A stretch of 51,083 nt of DNA. It comes from Chiloscyllium plagiosum (taxonomy: Eukaryota). Positions 22,081-34,474 of this stretch are shown piece by piece. Each line of letters opens with the position of its first letter. Positions within the stretch are counted from its first letter, which is position 1. The notes under the pieces are model-generated. The model had not been told where the DNA came from. It saw only the letters and a program-made list of their open reading frames with translations, and did not search any database. The position numbers and the translations under genes are program-made. The DNA is taken from the NCBI RefSeq assembly GCF_004010195.1, contig NC_057728.1, positions 49,937,308 to 49,988,390 on the forward strand, given 5' to 3'.

Positions 22081-23379
22081 ACTTAGCAGTAGCATCTAGT
22101 GATGATCGATTTATCCTGGAAACCTGTTCAAGTGTCGGGGTGAGACTAATTTCTATTGGGATGATTTAGATTTATTGTGAAAGATAGTGGAAAATTGTGT
22201 TGCACTGATTGCAACTTGCATGAAATCTTTGCAATCTAGCTGAAGGAATGAGACGCCGCAGATTTAGTTGTTCCCTTTCTGGGCTGCAGGCACTCAGTGG
22301 CATTGCAGGAACAGAAATCTCTGTATTACTCGGGTCCTTACAGCGTTAAGCACCAACCCTGATGTCAGCAGCAAGTTTAAAAGGGAGTTAAACAAATGGA
22401 ACTGTGTCATAAAACTCACGAGTTGCCACTTTTACCAGGCTGTTGGTTAAGGAGGGTCTTTGTGCCCCAATTACAGAATGCACATAAACAGCATGGAGAA
22501 ACACTAATATTAACACAATTCTCCAACAAATTCTGACCATACATTTTTAAAAATGGGGCTGTAAAGGCTTGTTGTGCCCTGCCATTCAGTTAGGTACTGT
22601 TGAGCGCAAAAATCTTTCCCATTATTTTCTTTTGCATACATCAAGATTTGGCAGCGAATATTGATTAACATCCAGTTAGACTACCCTAGCTCCTTTCTGT
22701 TGATTTTTAGTTAAGTCATAAACACTGGTATCTTAATTGGTGAGTAGACTGACAGAAATTATTCAAGCATTCAGTAAGAAATTGAATTGAGTGCATACAA
22801 TCACTCGTATTCTGGGTTGATGAGTTTGTCTCCTGATCTTAATCCAATTGTTTCATTATTTGCTGGGTTCAATGACTTTTCACTCACTATTTTTCATGAG
22901 AGATATCATCAACCTTTACAATTCTGAGGTATAAATATTCAACATGCCTCACAAGGAAGAAGAACAGAAATAAATGGTCATGTTTGTGCAGATCCCTGTG
23001 ATTGATAGCTTGCCATAATTTGCACCATGCATCGTTCCTTGTATTGGAAATGTGAAGAAATACCAGCATTACATGTGGCTCATACCCCAAAGTGCAGCAA
23101 AACAACATTAACCTGGGATCAGAGGCTACCAAGACGTGGGATAAATCTCCGCAATTCTAAACACAGTGATCATGCAGCTGAAATAGCTTCCTCCTATTCA
23201 CCTGAATTAGTAACTAAGGGTCAAGAGTTCAAATCCGACCATTTCTGGTTGTGAATTTTAATAAATCTGGTCATTTGTGGGTAATGCCAGATGATTGATT
23301 GTCACAGTGACTGACTTGTCATGAAGGTACAACTGATTTGAGTACTGTCCTTCAGGTAAAGGTGAACTCAATCTTTAGT

Positions 23380-24215
23380 AAGAGCAAAACATTGTGGATG
23401 CTGGAAATCCGAAAAAAATATAGAGAATGCTTGAGAAATTTAAACGTTCTGACAGTATTCGTGGAGAGAAGTATAGTTAATGCTTTGAATCTGTTATGGG
23501 CTAGGTCAGACGTCTCAAAACATTCTTAAGCAGGCAGTCCAGACCATAACTTTGCAATTTGTTTGATAAGTGTACAGTGAAAATTATCCGGATTAAGTTC
23601 GCAAGGTTGACTACAAGGTTTAAAACAGACAAAAATATATTCACAAAATTACACAATGAAACACAAAGAACAGAATAAAGAACCCCTACAGAACTCAGTC
23701 AATCCAAACTAGACTTAATTATGCTGTTCCGAGTATACACAACAGTCCCAATAATCAAACTCCCTTTAAAAACCAGTATAAATGCAACACATGCTTACAG
23801 GTTGAAGTTGAAGGGCAAAAAGAGAGAGTGAGAGAGAGAGTTTCCACATAGCTCACTGTTGAACTCTTCACCAGTTCACGACTGAACTAAACTGCTTAGC
23901 TAGAGAGCTGACCATTCCCCTTCCATTATACGTCACTTCTAAAACATGAACTCTCATCTGTTTACATATAAACAAAAGATCTCTCAAAATCTTTTTCATC
24001 TCTGTACCAAACCAGACTGATCAGAGCCCAGCCTGGTTTATTAGCCCTCTGAGAAAAAAATCAAGGACAGAGTCTCCTTAGAACCAAGGAACAGCTTTTA
24101 GAAAATAAAAGGGACTAGCTTTGTGACAAGTCTGATATGACTGTTCTTCAGAACTCTGTTTCTTTAAGCCACAGATGCTGCCAGATTTGCTGAGTTTCTC
24201 CCCAAATTTTCTGTG
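23380..24215. mobile_element. PLE-derived pLTR element split by a solo LTR
   Basis: gtggatgctggaaatc...gttaatgctttgaatc | agtctgatatgactgttcttcagaac...cacagatgctgccaga. Same family as 32915-33055. Confidence 0.65.
23492..24128. mobile_element. Solo LTR (637 bp)
   Basis: TGTTAT...GTGACA termini with 4-bp flanks aatc/agtc. The host repeat resumes precisely after it. Confidence 0.75.
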
Positions 24216-24619
24216 TCAGAATTCTATCTATGTTGGCTTACACATAAGTCCCATTCCATACTGTCTGTTGACTCGCATTTTGCTTATGGGCAGACATTAA
24301 CGTAATGGTATTGTCACCACCTAGTAATCTCGAGGTTCAGTCGAATGATTTGGGTACATGGGTTCTAAACCCCAACAGGGCAGCTGCTGAAATTCAATCC
24401 AAATGACGCTTTTGAAAAACTATTCATTCAAGGAGTGTGAGCATCACTGACTAGCCGATTACTTATTGCCCAACCCTAATTGCCCAGATGGATGTTGACA
24501 GTCAATCATTTTGCTGTGGGTCTGAAGTCACATGTCAGCCAGGTAGGGTAAGGACAACAGTTTCTTTCCAGAAAGGGAACAAGTGAACCAAATGGGCTTT
24601 GACAATGGGGGCAATTTAC

Positions 24620-25195
24620 AGAAGTACAAAATCATGAGGGGCCTAGATATGGTGAATAGTCAAAGTCTTTTCCCCAGGGTAGGGGAGTCCAAAACTAGAC
24701 AGCACAGGTTGAAGATGAAAGAGATAAGTTTAAAAGGAATCTAAGGGGCAACCTTTTCATGCAGAGGGTGGTGTGTGTGTGTGGAATGAGCTGCTAGAGG
24801 AAGTGGTGGAGGCTGCTACAATTACAACATTTAAAAGGCATCTGGATTGGTACTGAGGAACCTCGATTATCCGAACGTCGATTATCCGAATTTCAGATTA
24901 TCCGAACAAGATTGCTATGTCCCAATGCTTGGCTGAACTGTGTTATCTGGCATTCGATTATCTGAACATTCCATTATCTGAACATTCCATTATCTGAACA
25001 TTCGATTATCTGAACAAAATATTCCCCGCACATGTCGTTTGAATAATCGAGGTTCCTCTGTGCATGAATAGGAAGGGTTTAGAGGGATGGAGCCAAATGC
25101 TGGAAAGTGGGACTAGATTAGGTAAGGATATCTGGTTGACATGGACAAGTTGGACTGAAGGTCTGTTTCCATGCTGTACATCTCTATGACTCCAT
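24620..25195 (+). mobile_element. CR1 3' fragment containing a MITE
   Basis: aaaatcatgaggggcctagat...acatttaaaaggcatctggattggta | catgaataggaagggtttagaggga...gtacatctctatgactc. Confidence 0.9.
24853..25060. mobile_element. Tigger/pogo-type MITE (208 bp)
   Basis: TIRs ctgaggaacctcgattatccgaac / gtttgaataatcgaggttcctctg, inserted at TA (TA/TG flanks), with internal (cattcgattatctgaa)n. Confidence 0.88.
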
Positions 25196-26029
25196 AACAG
25201 TCAACAATGGCTACGTAGACAAGCAGTTTATTTTAATCCATATTTTTACATAATTCAAATTTTGCTATATGCCAAGGCCCCCCAATTATTCAAACCCATG
25301 GCCTCATGGATGTCTACCTGGAGTTCTGGGGTTACCAGACCATTGATAATGCTACTACGCCACCATCTTTCCTTGAAGCTGGGGTTTTAAACTAGTCTCA
25401 GTGAAGGTGAGCATGACAGCCATCATCAATTGTCATGTGGTTGACCCTTAACTGCCCCCTGAAATGGCTGTGTAAGTCACTCAGGGCAATTAGGGATGAG
25501 CAACAAATACTGGCCTTCTAGTGACACCCACACCCCATGAAATGTTTTGGAGGAGTTGGTAAACAGCACAAATACTGCAGACTAAAATCTGATGGCTCCA
25601 AAATTTGACAATGCTGTCCTAACATATGATGTCATCAAAGTGGCTTACAAACCTGAACCCAGCATGATCTTCAGACACTTCGAGTTACACACTTCACAAA
25701 ATAGAATTAGGGAATGCATTTGGAATTGTTTTAAATGTCAGCATCGAGGAGTTAACCACCATTTATTTACCATTGGAGTTACTATTGGAACTATTCATGC
25801 TATAGGAGAGGTGACATGGCCCTGAAACTCCTGTGCTCTTTAACTGTGAATGCGAACACACATTTTGTCCCTGAATCTCCTCTCTTCCACTGCATTTGTT
25901 CAACTGGGCATGTTTCGTCAAAACACAATTTCCATTTAACGTTACATGCACCTTCTTTCAGAACAGTGCAGGAGCTGAATATTATGTAAATAGAGCACAG
26001 AAAGCAACAGAACAGAAGGATTTAGACAC

Positions 26030-26680
26030 TTTGTCCATGAATCAAAAAGGCTAGCACCGGATTCAGTGGGTAGTAGGGAAGGCAACTGGAATGTTGGCCT
26101 TTATTTCAAAGGAAATGGAACATAAAAGTAGGAAAGTCTAGTTAAAGCTTTACGAGGTACTAATCTGATAACAGCTAGAATGTTGTGAATCGTTTTAGAC
26201 ATCTTAGCATTAAAGACAGTCCAGAGAAGGTTCACTGAGTTCATCTTATGTCTGGAGGGACTGTCCTATGAGTAGAGGTTGAGGAGTTTAGGCCTTTAGA
26301 GCTCAGAAGAATGAGAGGTAATGTTTTTGAAGCACACAAGAGTCTTAGAATACCTGACAGGTTTGTAATGGGAGGTTTTCCTTTGTGGGAGAGTCTAGGT
26401 CCAGAGGGCATAATCTCACAGCAAGGGGTTACCCATTTAAGACAGAGATGAGGAAGACTTCCTCTCTCAGAATGTAGTGAATTGTTTACTGCAGGGGGGG
26501 TGTCATTCTGTAGATTCAGGGGTGAGATGTGGTGATGTTGAATCAGCAAAGGAATCACAGTTTCTTGTGGAATGGCAGGAACATTGCTTTAAGGATTGTC
26601 AGATCAGGCATGATCTCAGTGAATAGAGCAGCAGAGTTGAGAGGCTGACTGGCATACTTCTCCTCCTACATTTATGGTCT
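26030..26680 (+). mobile_element. Degenerate CR1 3' fragment
   Basis: ggaaggcaactggaatgttggcctttatttcaaagg...cagagaaggttcactgag...cccatttaagacagagatgagg. Confidence 0.8.
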
Positions 26681-26939
26681 CACATTTTTGACCATGCTCA
26701 AATCTTTGTTCAGAAGTTAAATTACTGAGGTTATCGGAAAAGTGAAATAAGAGTGGAAATACTGGAAAGGTTCATCAGGACTGACAGCGTCTATGAAGCA
26801 ACAAACAGTTAACCTTTCAGGTCCAATCTGTCAGAATTTAATTCTGTCCAATAATTTACATTGGTCTATCCTTTATATTAAAGGTGTATCGGGTTTAAGC
26901 TTAGTGAAGGCAACTGACATTAATATAGGGCAAACTGAT

Positions 26940-28395
26940 AGAGGGCCGAACACGGTATAAGATAAATTACACTTCAAGAAAAATAAGTTAACATTAGATC
27001 GTCAATATGGCTTTGCTAAGGGCAGGCCAAGTCTGACAAATTTAATCAAGTTCTTTGACAAAGTGACACAGGCATTGGATGAGGGTAGTGCTGTCGGTGT
27101 TGTATATTTGAACTTGCAGGAAGCATTGATGATGCTACATGGCAGCTTGATTAGCAAATCAGACATGTTTGGGAGTGATGGGTCCTTGGCAGCACAGATT
27201 AGACGTTGGGTAAAAAGAGAGGAAACAAAGGGTAGGTTTAGATGGCTACAATCTTCGAGGAGAAAGTGAGGACTGCAGATGCTGGAGATCAGAGCTGAAA
27301 ATGTGTTGCTGGAAAAGCGCAGCGGGTCAGGAGCATCCAAGGAACAGGAGAATCGACGTTTCGGGCATAAGCCCTTCTTCATGCCTGAAACGTCGATTCT
27401 CCTGTTCCTTGAATACTGCCTGACCTGCTGCGCTTTACCAGCAACACATTTTCAGCTTAGATGGCTACAGGTAGGACTCTTGTTTTTTTATGATTTATAT
27501 AAATGATTTGGAGATGTATATTAAGAGCAAAATCTCTAGATTTCTAGATGATATCATGTGAGGGAGAATAGTGAATTATGAGGATGACACTGAGTGACTT
27601 TGGAGGGACACTGACAAATTAGCCACATAGGCTGACACCTTGCAGATGAATGACAATGTAGAGAAATATTAGGTAGTGTATTTTGGTAGAAGAAATATGT
27701 CGAGACAACACAGATTCAATGGTTCATCTTTGAGGAGACTACGGGAACAGAGGGACCTCAGGGTTAAGGTCTATAGTTCTCTGAAGATAGTTGGGCAACT
27801 TGAATCAGTTGTTACAAAGGCTAATAGGATCCTTGGGTTTATAAAAAGAGGCATAGACTATAAAAGCAAGGAAGTGATGCTACACCTCTACAAATCATTA
27901 GTCAGACCATATTTGTAGCATTGTGTTCAGTTCTGGACAATTCTTATTTAAGAAAGGATGTTATTGCCCATCAGGAGTGAGAGATGGTAGATACAAAAAA
28001 ATCAAGCGAAACTGGGTTTATTTTCCTTGGAGAAGGGAAGGTTAATAGGTGACCTTATAGACATGATCAAAATTATAAACAATTTTGACAGGATAAAGAA
28101 GGATATCCTGTTTTTACTAGTTAGTATGTCAGTAACTAGGGGGTCAAAATTCAAAGGTGGTCAGCAAAAGAGCTGGGAGTGAGATGAGGAGAAACGTCTT
28201 TACTCAGAGAGTTGTTAGGATTTGGGACTGCGCTGCCTGGGAGAGTTGCGGAGGGGGATTCCATGCAAGGTTTCAAAAGAGAGCTGGATATAAATTTGAA
28301 AGTGATGAAGTTAAAGGACCATAGAAATAAGGGCTGGAGAGCCAATGCAGATGGGCCAAATGGCCTCCTTTTGTACTGTAAAATTCTATTAGTCT
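26940..28395 (+). mobile_element. CR1 ORF2 (RT) pseudogene fragment to 3' tail
   Basis: QYGFAKGRPSLTNLIKFFDKVT..DEGSAVGVVYL...EQRDLRVKV...KANRILGFIKRGIDYKSKEVMLHLYKSLVRP. Confidence 0.9.
27251..27456. mobile_element. Palindromic PLE pLTR insertion with a perfect 13-bp TSD
   Basis: TSD ttagatggctaca at 27238-27250 and 27457-27469. The inverted arms fold inside the hammerhead region (gacgtttcgggcat / atgcctgaaacgtc). Confidence 0.88.
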
Positions 28396-30369
28396 AACTG
28401 GTATGGATGTAGAAGATCAGCCATGATCCTACTGAATGGTTAGGCAGATTCAAGGGGCTGAATGGCCACTCCTCTCATAATCCCTGTAACCCTAACCTAT
28501 TTGCTCTGTTTTGCTTCAGTGTATTTCCAGATCAGGAATTGATTTTGAAAACGTGTAGTCCGTTTTCCTGTTGCCTGCTTCTAGATCTTTTCCTGATCTT
28601 CAAATTCTATAAAATTCTGGTCCCACTGTCCACCTCGGTCTGTGGAGCACTTTACCACATATGAGATTAACGTAAAGGATGAATGATCAGGTGCGGTTTG
28701 TGCCTGAAAATTATTATCATGCCTGTTCGCACTGCCTGAGACACCAGCAAAGGCCAATTAAGGACCAATTCTTGCCTCACCAGGCGTAATGCCCAGGTAG
28801 AGAGGGTCTGCAGAATCAGACACCCATGTCTGCAGGAAGTGTTCACATCTTGAGGAGTCCCTGCTGAGTGTCATTGAGGTGGAGACTGAGGTGCAGCCAT
28901 TACGTTGCGATCCAGGAAGGGGAAAGTTACCTCAATCCAGAAGGTTTTCACCTCCACCCCTTCGAAGAGACAAAGTTCTTCGTTAGTTCTTCAAACTCCT
29001 TCAAAAGAAAAATTCTGTCACACATTTCTTTTGGAGTCATGAAACAGCAACACTCAAATGAATTTATACAGCATGTTTCTGAACCATAGTACATGCCAAG
29101 GGACCCTGCCTGAGCTCAGTGGTGTCATTATTGTAACTTAAGGTATTTAAAAATAATCACTCGGGTCTGACAGGCAGGGTCTACTGAACTCAAACTCCAC
29201 TGACCCCTCAGTGTGCTGTCAAAAGGGAGCAGGTATTTTCTCACAGAGATTCTGTTCTCCTGGCAATTGCCTAGTTTTGCTGTAAATGGTGAGTAATGGT
29301 CAGTAATGGTGCAATGCCTTTTTACCATTTGGTTTGGTACTATTCTACGAGCTTGAGTTCAAAATAGACTGGTCAGGGAGAAGGCAATGTCAAGAATAGT
29401 CTTAAACTCAGACTTGAAAGCAACACCATTTAGCCTACATAATACTAAGCATTATTGAACATAGTATTCATTAATGTTGCAAGCTCTGATCTTATAGTTA
29501 CATCAGGTAAATACTTAACTATCTACTTTGTGTGTTCATGTCCATGTTATACTCTGTTTCCAGGTTATAGAGTCTTCTCATGTAGTCTGTTATTCTAGGG
29601 TCTAACTCTGCACATACTGTCATATTCATACCTAGTGATGTGCAGCTCCATGACGTCATCCTTACATTGCTCCGGGTGGGGGGGGGGGTGGTGCTAATGC
29701 CCATGAGCAATACTGTGATGGATGTGGAGATAGAGTTTTGTGAACATGCAGATGGACCTTTGAGAATGCTGTGATTACTGGTGACTTCGGTTGTCCTGTG
29801 AGAGACACTGCTAGTGCAGCTCAGAGCAGGGAGCTCTCAGCATGCACACATATTGCGCATAAACACTACTTGTAAGAAATCTTGAGGGCTGACTTGAACT
29901 TGCATGAAGGGCAGACACTCACCTCTAACATGACACAAACAGTTGCCTGTTCATGCGCTCAATGTAGCAGCTTCTCAGGTAAAACCAGAGTTTGTTGAAC
30001 ATGGTGTACATAAATACCAGACCTTTTGTCCTTTTCATTCTCTTCAATAATGGCTTCGCTGCGTGTGCATCGCAAGTAATTCCTCTTATAGTTGAAAGGT
30101 TTTGATTCAGAACCTTTTCCCCTGCAAAGAACTGTAGTATTTTGTCTTAGAGTTCTGTGTATGACTGTAATTACAGCTGACTTTGGTTTGAAATCCCATT
30201 GACTGTTGTATTGTGCCTATTGACTGGAGGTGGGGGAGTTCAGAACGAATAATCAGCAGTAGAGTAATATTTTAATTATGTCCTTTGCTTCTTTTATTTG
30301 AAAGTAAGTTCACCTTTGTGGATTTTGCCTTCAATATTTTCTCCATGATTGGGTACAGATGATGATGGC

Positions 30370-30525
30370 AGCATGGTCTGGGAAAGGGGAATGAGAATGG
30401 ACAGAACCTACTTTGTTGCTGCCAGAAGCTTTCTCCAACTAACATTAAAAAAAAACAACACCCCAAGATGTTTGAGAGACATCCAAGATCAACAATTGGC
30501 ATGATCTGAATTTAACCATCTTGGG
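30370..30525 (+). pseudogene. RTE-type LINE endonuclease remnant
   Basis: HGLGKGNENGQNLLCCC..TN....RHPRS..WHDL matches the RTE APE pattern G.G..NENG.RLL..C...WRHPRS..WH.LD. Confidence 0.6.
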
Positions 30526-30724
30526 ATACTTGTTGTTATTTGTCAAGATGTTGAATACAAGAGCAAGGTGGTAATAATGGTGTTGTATATAATGTTCTCC
30601 ATGTCCTAGACATTACTGAATTTGAGCTAAAAAGGTATTACATTTGATGATGCTGATGAAGCACAAATCTACTAGTATAAAGTACAATGCATTAATTGAT
30701 GGTTTTTGAAGACTGACTAAACAA

Positions 30725-30971
30725 TGTGTAGCACACATGGAAAACCAACCTAAACTAAACAGCTTTCGACGGTAATTGCATAATTTTATTTTATCCTTAT
30801 TTTCCTGGTACTGTTTCCTGCAAGCCTTATCAGCTTCTGTTTATTCTTCTTTGATCCTAATCCCTTAGGGCTCCCAAGGCCTCACTAGAAATTTCTCCTG
30901 ACACTGGCACTTATGATGTACAAGATTTGCCGAGAGAATTTTGCTGACATAGAAACAACTACCTCCCCTTT
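30725..30971 (-). mobile_element. Candidate polypurine tract plus degenerate 3' LTR downstream of the env-like gene
   Basis: Minus-strand AAAGGGGAGG at 30971-30962, then about 235 bp containing AATAAA and ending ...gctacACA. Confidence 0.35.
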
Positions 30972-31163
30972 ATGGTCTAAGTACCTCTTATATTTCCCCA
31001 TTTTTGCTCTTGGCCTAAGCCTAAGGTAGCCAAATTGAAGGCTTTGTCCATTTCTTTTATGATCCACTGCTCATTACTACTGGCCAGGTAACCATCTTAG
31101 GATTGGAAAGGTATTGGTTCACAACATCCATACTCGTCTGCCCTGATCTAATACCTTGTTGCT

Positions 31164-32909
31164 TCAATTCCTAAATCTGCATTGCTATCTTCCTTGAAAC
31201 TTTCTGGAGTGAAAAATCAAGGATGTTAGATATAAAATTAATAACAATTGGGAAATAACCAAGACATGGGATATAATTGAATCCATGGCTTTATTTGTGC
31301 ATTTGTTCACCATTACCACAGCTCCTCTCACCAAGCAATAGAGTCTACATGTTCAATATCGTTAGCTAAGGCTTGAGCCTAAAGCTGGAGTGTCTCATGT
31401 GTCCTATATATCTCATCTTGGATTAGGATGAGTTGTTTAGTTCATAGTGTCAACAACATTGGAGAGCTGGTTTAAGTATTGAGTCGGGCTGACTTTTGTT
31501 CTTTCCACAGCTTGCACATTAACTGTTCCTCTTTTATAGACTTCAAGCATTCTCCCTTCCCCAGTCTCACCATCATCTGAGATTGCAAGCACAATGAACA
31601 ACTGTGGATGGGACAAGTTCCTATGTCAGAACTCCTGCCACCATGTATCTTCCATCACCCAAGAATGTGACATGTGTTGGATCTTTGCTGTCCACAGTCT
31701 CCAGTGTATAATTAGTTGTAGCATTAAATCTATACCTTGCCTCCTCACTCTTGTATATGGATGAGGACATGCTATTAAGGTAGCTTCTATACTACATCCA
31801 TCTATTGCAGTACCAGCTATGTTACCCTCTATCTCTATGATGTATGGCGATATATTATGAAATATTTATTTCCCCAATGATCCTTATATTTTCTACCCTA
31901 TATACATTCTTCCGTGCTTTGTCTTGGATATAATGGGTATCAGCAAAACAATGACTGTCAGCGTGTCAGTGTGTTATGATCCACTATGCATTCAGCATCA
32001 GTTCAACACATGTGATAAGCCCTCATCTGGCAATGGCTTAGAACATGAATAAATAGATACATATTTGTTACCCATAAGGGAGCCATAACCTTATAAATTT
32101 AATCAGTGTCTCTTGTGTTTGTTCAGAATTTATGCCCCATAAGGTACTGCAATCTGTATCCTTATTTGCATAATCCAAAATAAATTTACCCACCTCAATT
32201 AATTTGTTAAAAAAATTGACAGGTATAGATAGAGTTAATGTTAGTTGCCTTTTCCCTAGGAAAATGAATTTATACAGCATTTCGAGACTAGGGAACATAT
32301 TTTTCAGGTGAGAGGAGAGAGCTTTTAAAAAAGACATGAGGGGCAAATTTTTTATACAGATGGTGGTTCGTGTGTGGCATGAAGTTCCTGAGGAAGTGGT
32401 GGATGTGGTTACAATTATAACATTTAAAAGATATTTGGAATATGTACATGAATAGGAATCTTTTGGAGGAATATGGGCCTGGAGTAGGCAGGTGGGATTA
32501 GTTTAGTTTGGGATTATGTTGGGCATGGACTGGTTGGACCGAAGGGTCTGTTTTTATCCTGTATGACTCTATGACATGAAGCCTTAAAACAATTCTGAAT
32601 TATTTATGTTACTTTTATTCTGAGCCTGATTTGGTGTCTTGTATCCCTTATCCTTTCTAAAATTTTCCTTAGCAGTGTACTTAAGGTTTGCACTTTTTAG
32701 TCTCTAGTAGCTAAGTTGATGGAATTAATTACTGAGGTTTCTGTATCAAACACTGAAGAGGCATCATTTATCAAGCCACATTTCAGCCTGTTATTTCCTG
32801 AGACCACTGCTGTGCTTCCACCTTTCAACAGAGCTGCTCCTATCATTAACTGCCCCATAAAGATTGGATACAGTTCTTGAGTGTGAGGTGAGTCCCATTG
32901 GGGCAGGGT
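31164..32909 (-). pseudogene. env: Decayed viral envelope / class I fusion glycoprotein gene (paramyxovirus-F-like; lokiretrovirus-like env), interrupted by CR1
   Basis: Manual minus-strand translation across stops and frameshifts: RLKC|GLINDASSVFDTETSVINSINLAT, heptad KVQTLSTLLRKILERIRD, VIVLLIPIISK..VYRVENI, GNIAGTAIDGCSIEATLIACPHP, FNATTNYTLE..VTFLGDGRY, TCPIHSCSLCL, heptad KQLILIQDEIYRTHETLQL*AQALANDIEHV, W*EELW*W, TM IISHVLVISQLLLILYLTSLIF then HSRK. Confidence 0.75.
32221..32577 (+). mobile_element. CR1 3' fragment inserted into the env remnant
   Basis: gactagggaacatatttttcaggtgagaggagagag...cctgaggaagtggtggatg...ggaccgaagggtctg...atgactctatgac. Confidence 0.9.
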
Positions 32910-32914
32910 TATTC

Positions 32915-33055
32915 AGAAACAAATCAAAGAACTGTGAACGCTGGTGATCTAAAACAAAAACAGAAATTCCTGGTAAAACTCAGGTAGGACTGGCAGCATC
33001 TGTGAAGAGAAAGCAGAGTTAATGTTTCAGGTCCAGTGACCCTTCTTCAGAACTG
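32915..33055 (-). mobile_element. PLE-derived pLTR fragment
   Basis: aagaactgtgaacgctgg...ctggcagcatctgtgaagagaaagcagagttaatgtttcaggtccagtgacccttcttcagaact. Confidence 0.75.
33017..33054 (-). ncRNA. Minimal hammerhead ribozyme motif
   Basis: Reverse complement: agtt-CTGAAGA-ag-ggtc-actg-gacc-t-GAAA-ca-TT-aact, with stem I agtt/aact. Confidence 0.65.
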
Positions 33056-33162
33056 AAGGAAGGCTTATTTTTCAATTTAAATTGGAAATTAAAGTTCACA
33101 GTATTTCCAAGCCATTGGCCAAATGTTATAATTTTTTTTTCAAACCAATTTTGAATTGTTGG

Positions 33163-33430
33163 TCATAGAGTCATAGAATTGTACATCATGGAAACATACC
33201 CTTCGGTCCAACTCGTCCATGCTTACCAGATATCCTAAATCAATCTAGTCTCATTTGTCAGCACTTGGCCCATATCCCACTACACCCTTCCGACCAATGT
33301 CCCCATCCAGATGTCTTTTAAATGTTATAATTGTACCTGCCTTCTTCACTTCTTCTGGCAGCTCGTTCCATACACACACAACCTTCTGCATCCAAAAGCT
33401 GTCTCTTAGGTCCCTTTTATATCCTTCCAC
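33163..33430 (-). mobile_element. CR1 3' end
   Basis: ORF 33251-33505 reads VVCVWNELPEEV..AGTIITFKRHLD, with tail tcatagagtcatag. Confidence 0.9.
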
Positions 33431-33533
33431 TCCCACCGTGAACAGCACCTTGATTTTTGCTGGGGCCTCCCCAATGAGTGAGAAACTTGTAAACCGTTCT
33501 GACAATCAATATCCAGTTTCAATTTTTACCTTG

Positions 33534-33858
33534 TCATAGAATCCCGACAGCATGCAAACAAGCCATTAGGCCTAACAAGTCACAGTAACCCTCTGAAGAG
33601 AAACCCACCCAGACCTATTGCCCTACCCCATTACTCTATATTTACCCCAGACTAATGCACCTAGCCTATGCATCCCTGAACACAATGGGTAATTTAGCAT
33701 GACCAATTCACCTCATGTGTACATCTTTGGACTGTGGGAGGAAACAAGAGCACCCAGAGGAAACTCACGCAGACCACAGGGAGAATGTGCAAAGTCCACA
33801 CAGTCACCCAAGGCTGGAATTGAACCTGGGTGCTAACCACTGAGCCACCGTGCCACCC
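33534..33858 (-). mobile_element. HE1-type V-SINE (a second head fragment at about 33915-33974 abuts the gap)
   Basis: Same structure as 2006-2343. Confidence 0.88.
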
Positions 33859-33974
33859 ACAAGCATAATGTTTAAATTACACACTTTATTGTGCACTTTC
33901 CTGGTGATCATTACTTGGCTGGAATTGAACCTGGGTCCCTGGCATTATGAGTGGTTAGCAGTGCTAACCACTGA

Positions 33975-34474
33975 NNNNNNNNNNNNNNNNNNNNNNNNNN
34001 NNNNNNNNNNNNNNNNNNNNNNNNNNNNNNNNNNNNNNNNNNNNNNNNNNNNNNNNNNNNNNNNNNNNNNNNNNNNNNNNNNNNNNNNNNNNNNNNNNNN
34101 NNNNNNNNNNNNNNNNNNNNNNNNNNNNNNNNNNNNNNNNNNNNNNNNNNNNNNNNNNNNNNNNNNNNNNNNNNNNNNNNNNNNNNNNNNNNNNNNNNNN
34201 NNNNNNNNNNNNNNNNNNNNNNNNNNNNNNNNNNNNNNNNNNNNNNNNNNNNNNNNNNNNNNNNNNNNNNNNNNNNNNNNNNNNNNNNNNNNNNNNNNNN
34301 NNNNNNNNNNNNNNNNNNNNNNNNNNNNNNNNNNNNNNNNNNNNNNNNNNNNNNNNNNNNNNNNNNNNNNNNNNNNNNNNNNNNNNNNNNNNNNNNNNNN
34401 NNNNNNNNNNNNNNNNNNNNNNNNNNNNNNNNNNNNNNNNNNNNNNNNNNNNNNNNNNNNNNNNNNNNNNNNNN
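33975..34474. other. Assembly gap (500 N)
   Basis: Run of N. The round length suggests a placeholder of unknown true size. Confidence 0.99.

Noticed and set aside
28931..28998. Minus-strand exon-like segment (tttttcttttgaag acceptor, GAG|GTAACT donor)
   Set aside because: Stops in all three frames and no recognisable peptide. It could only be non-coding or terminal, and nothing supports that.
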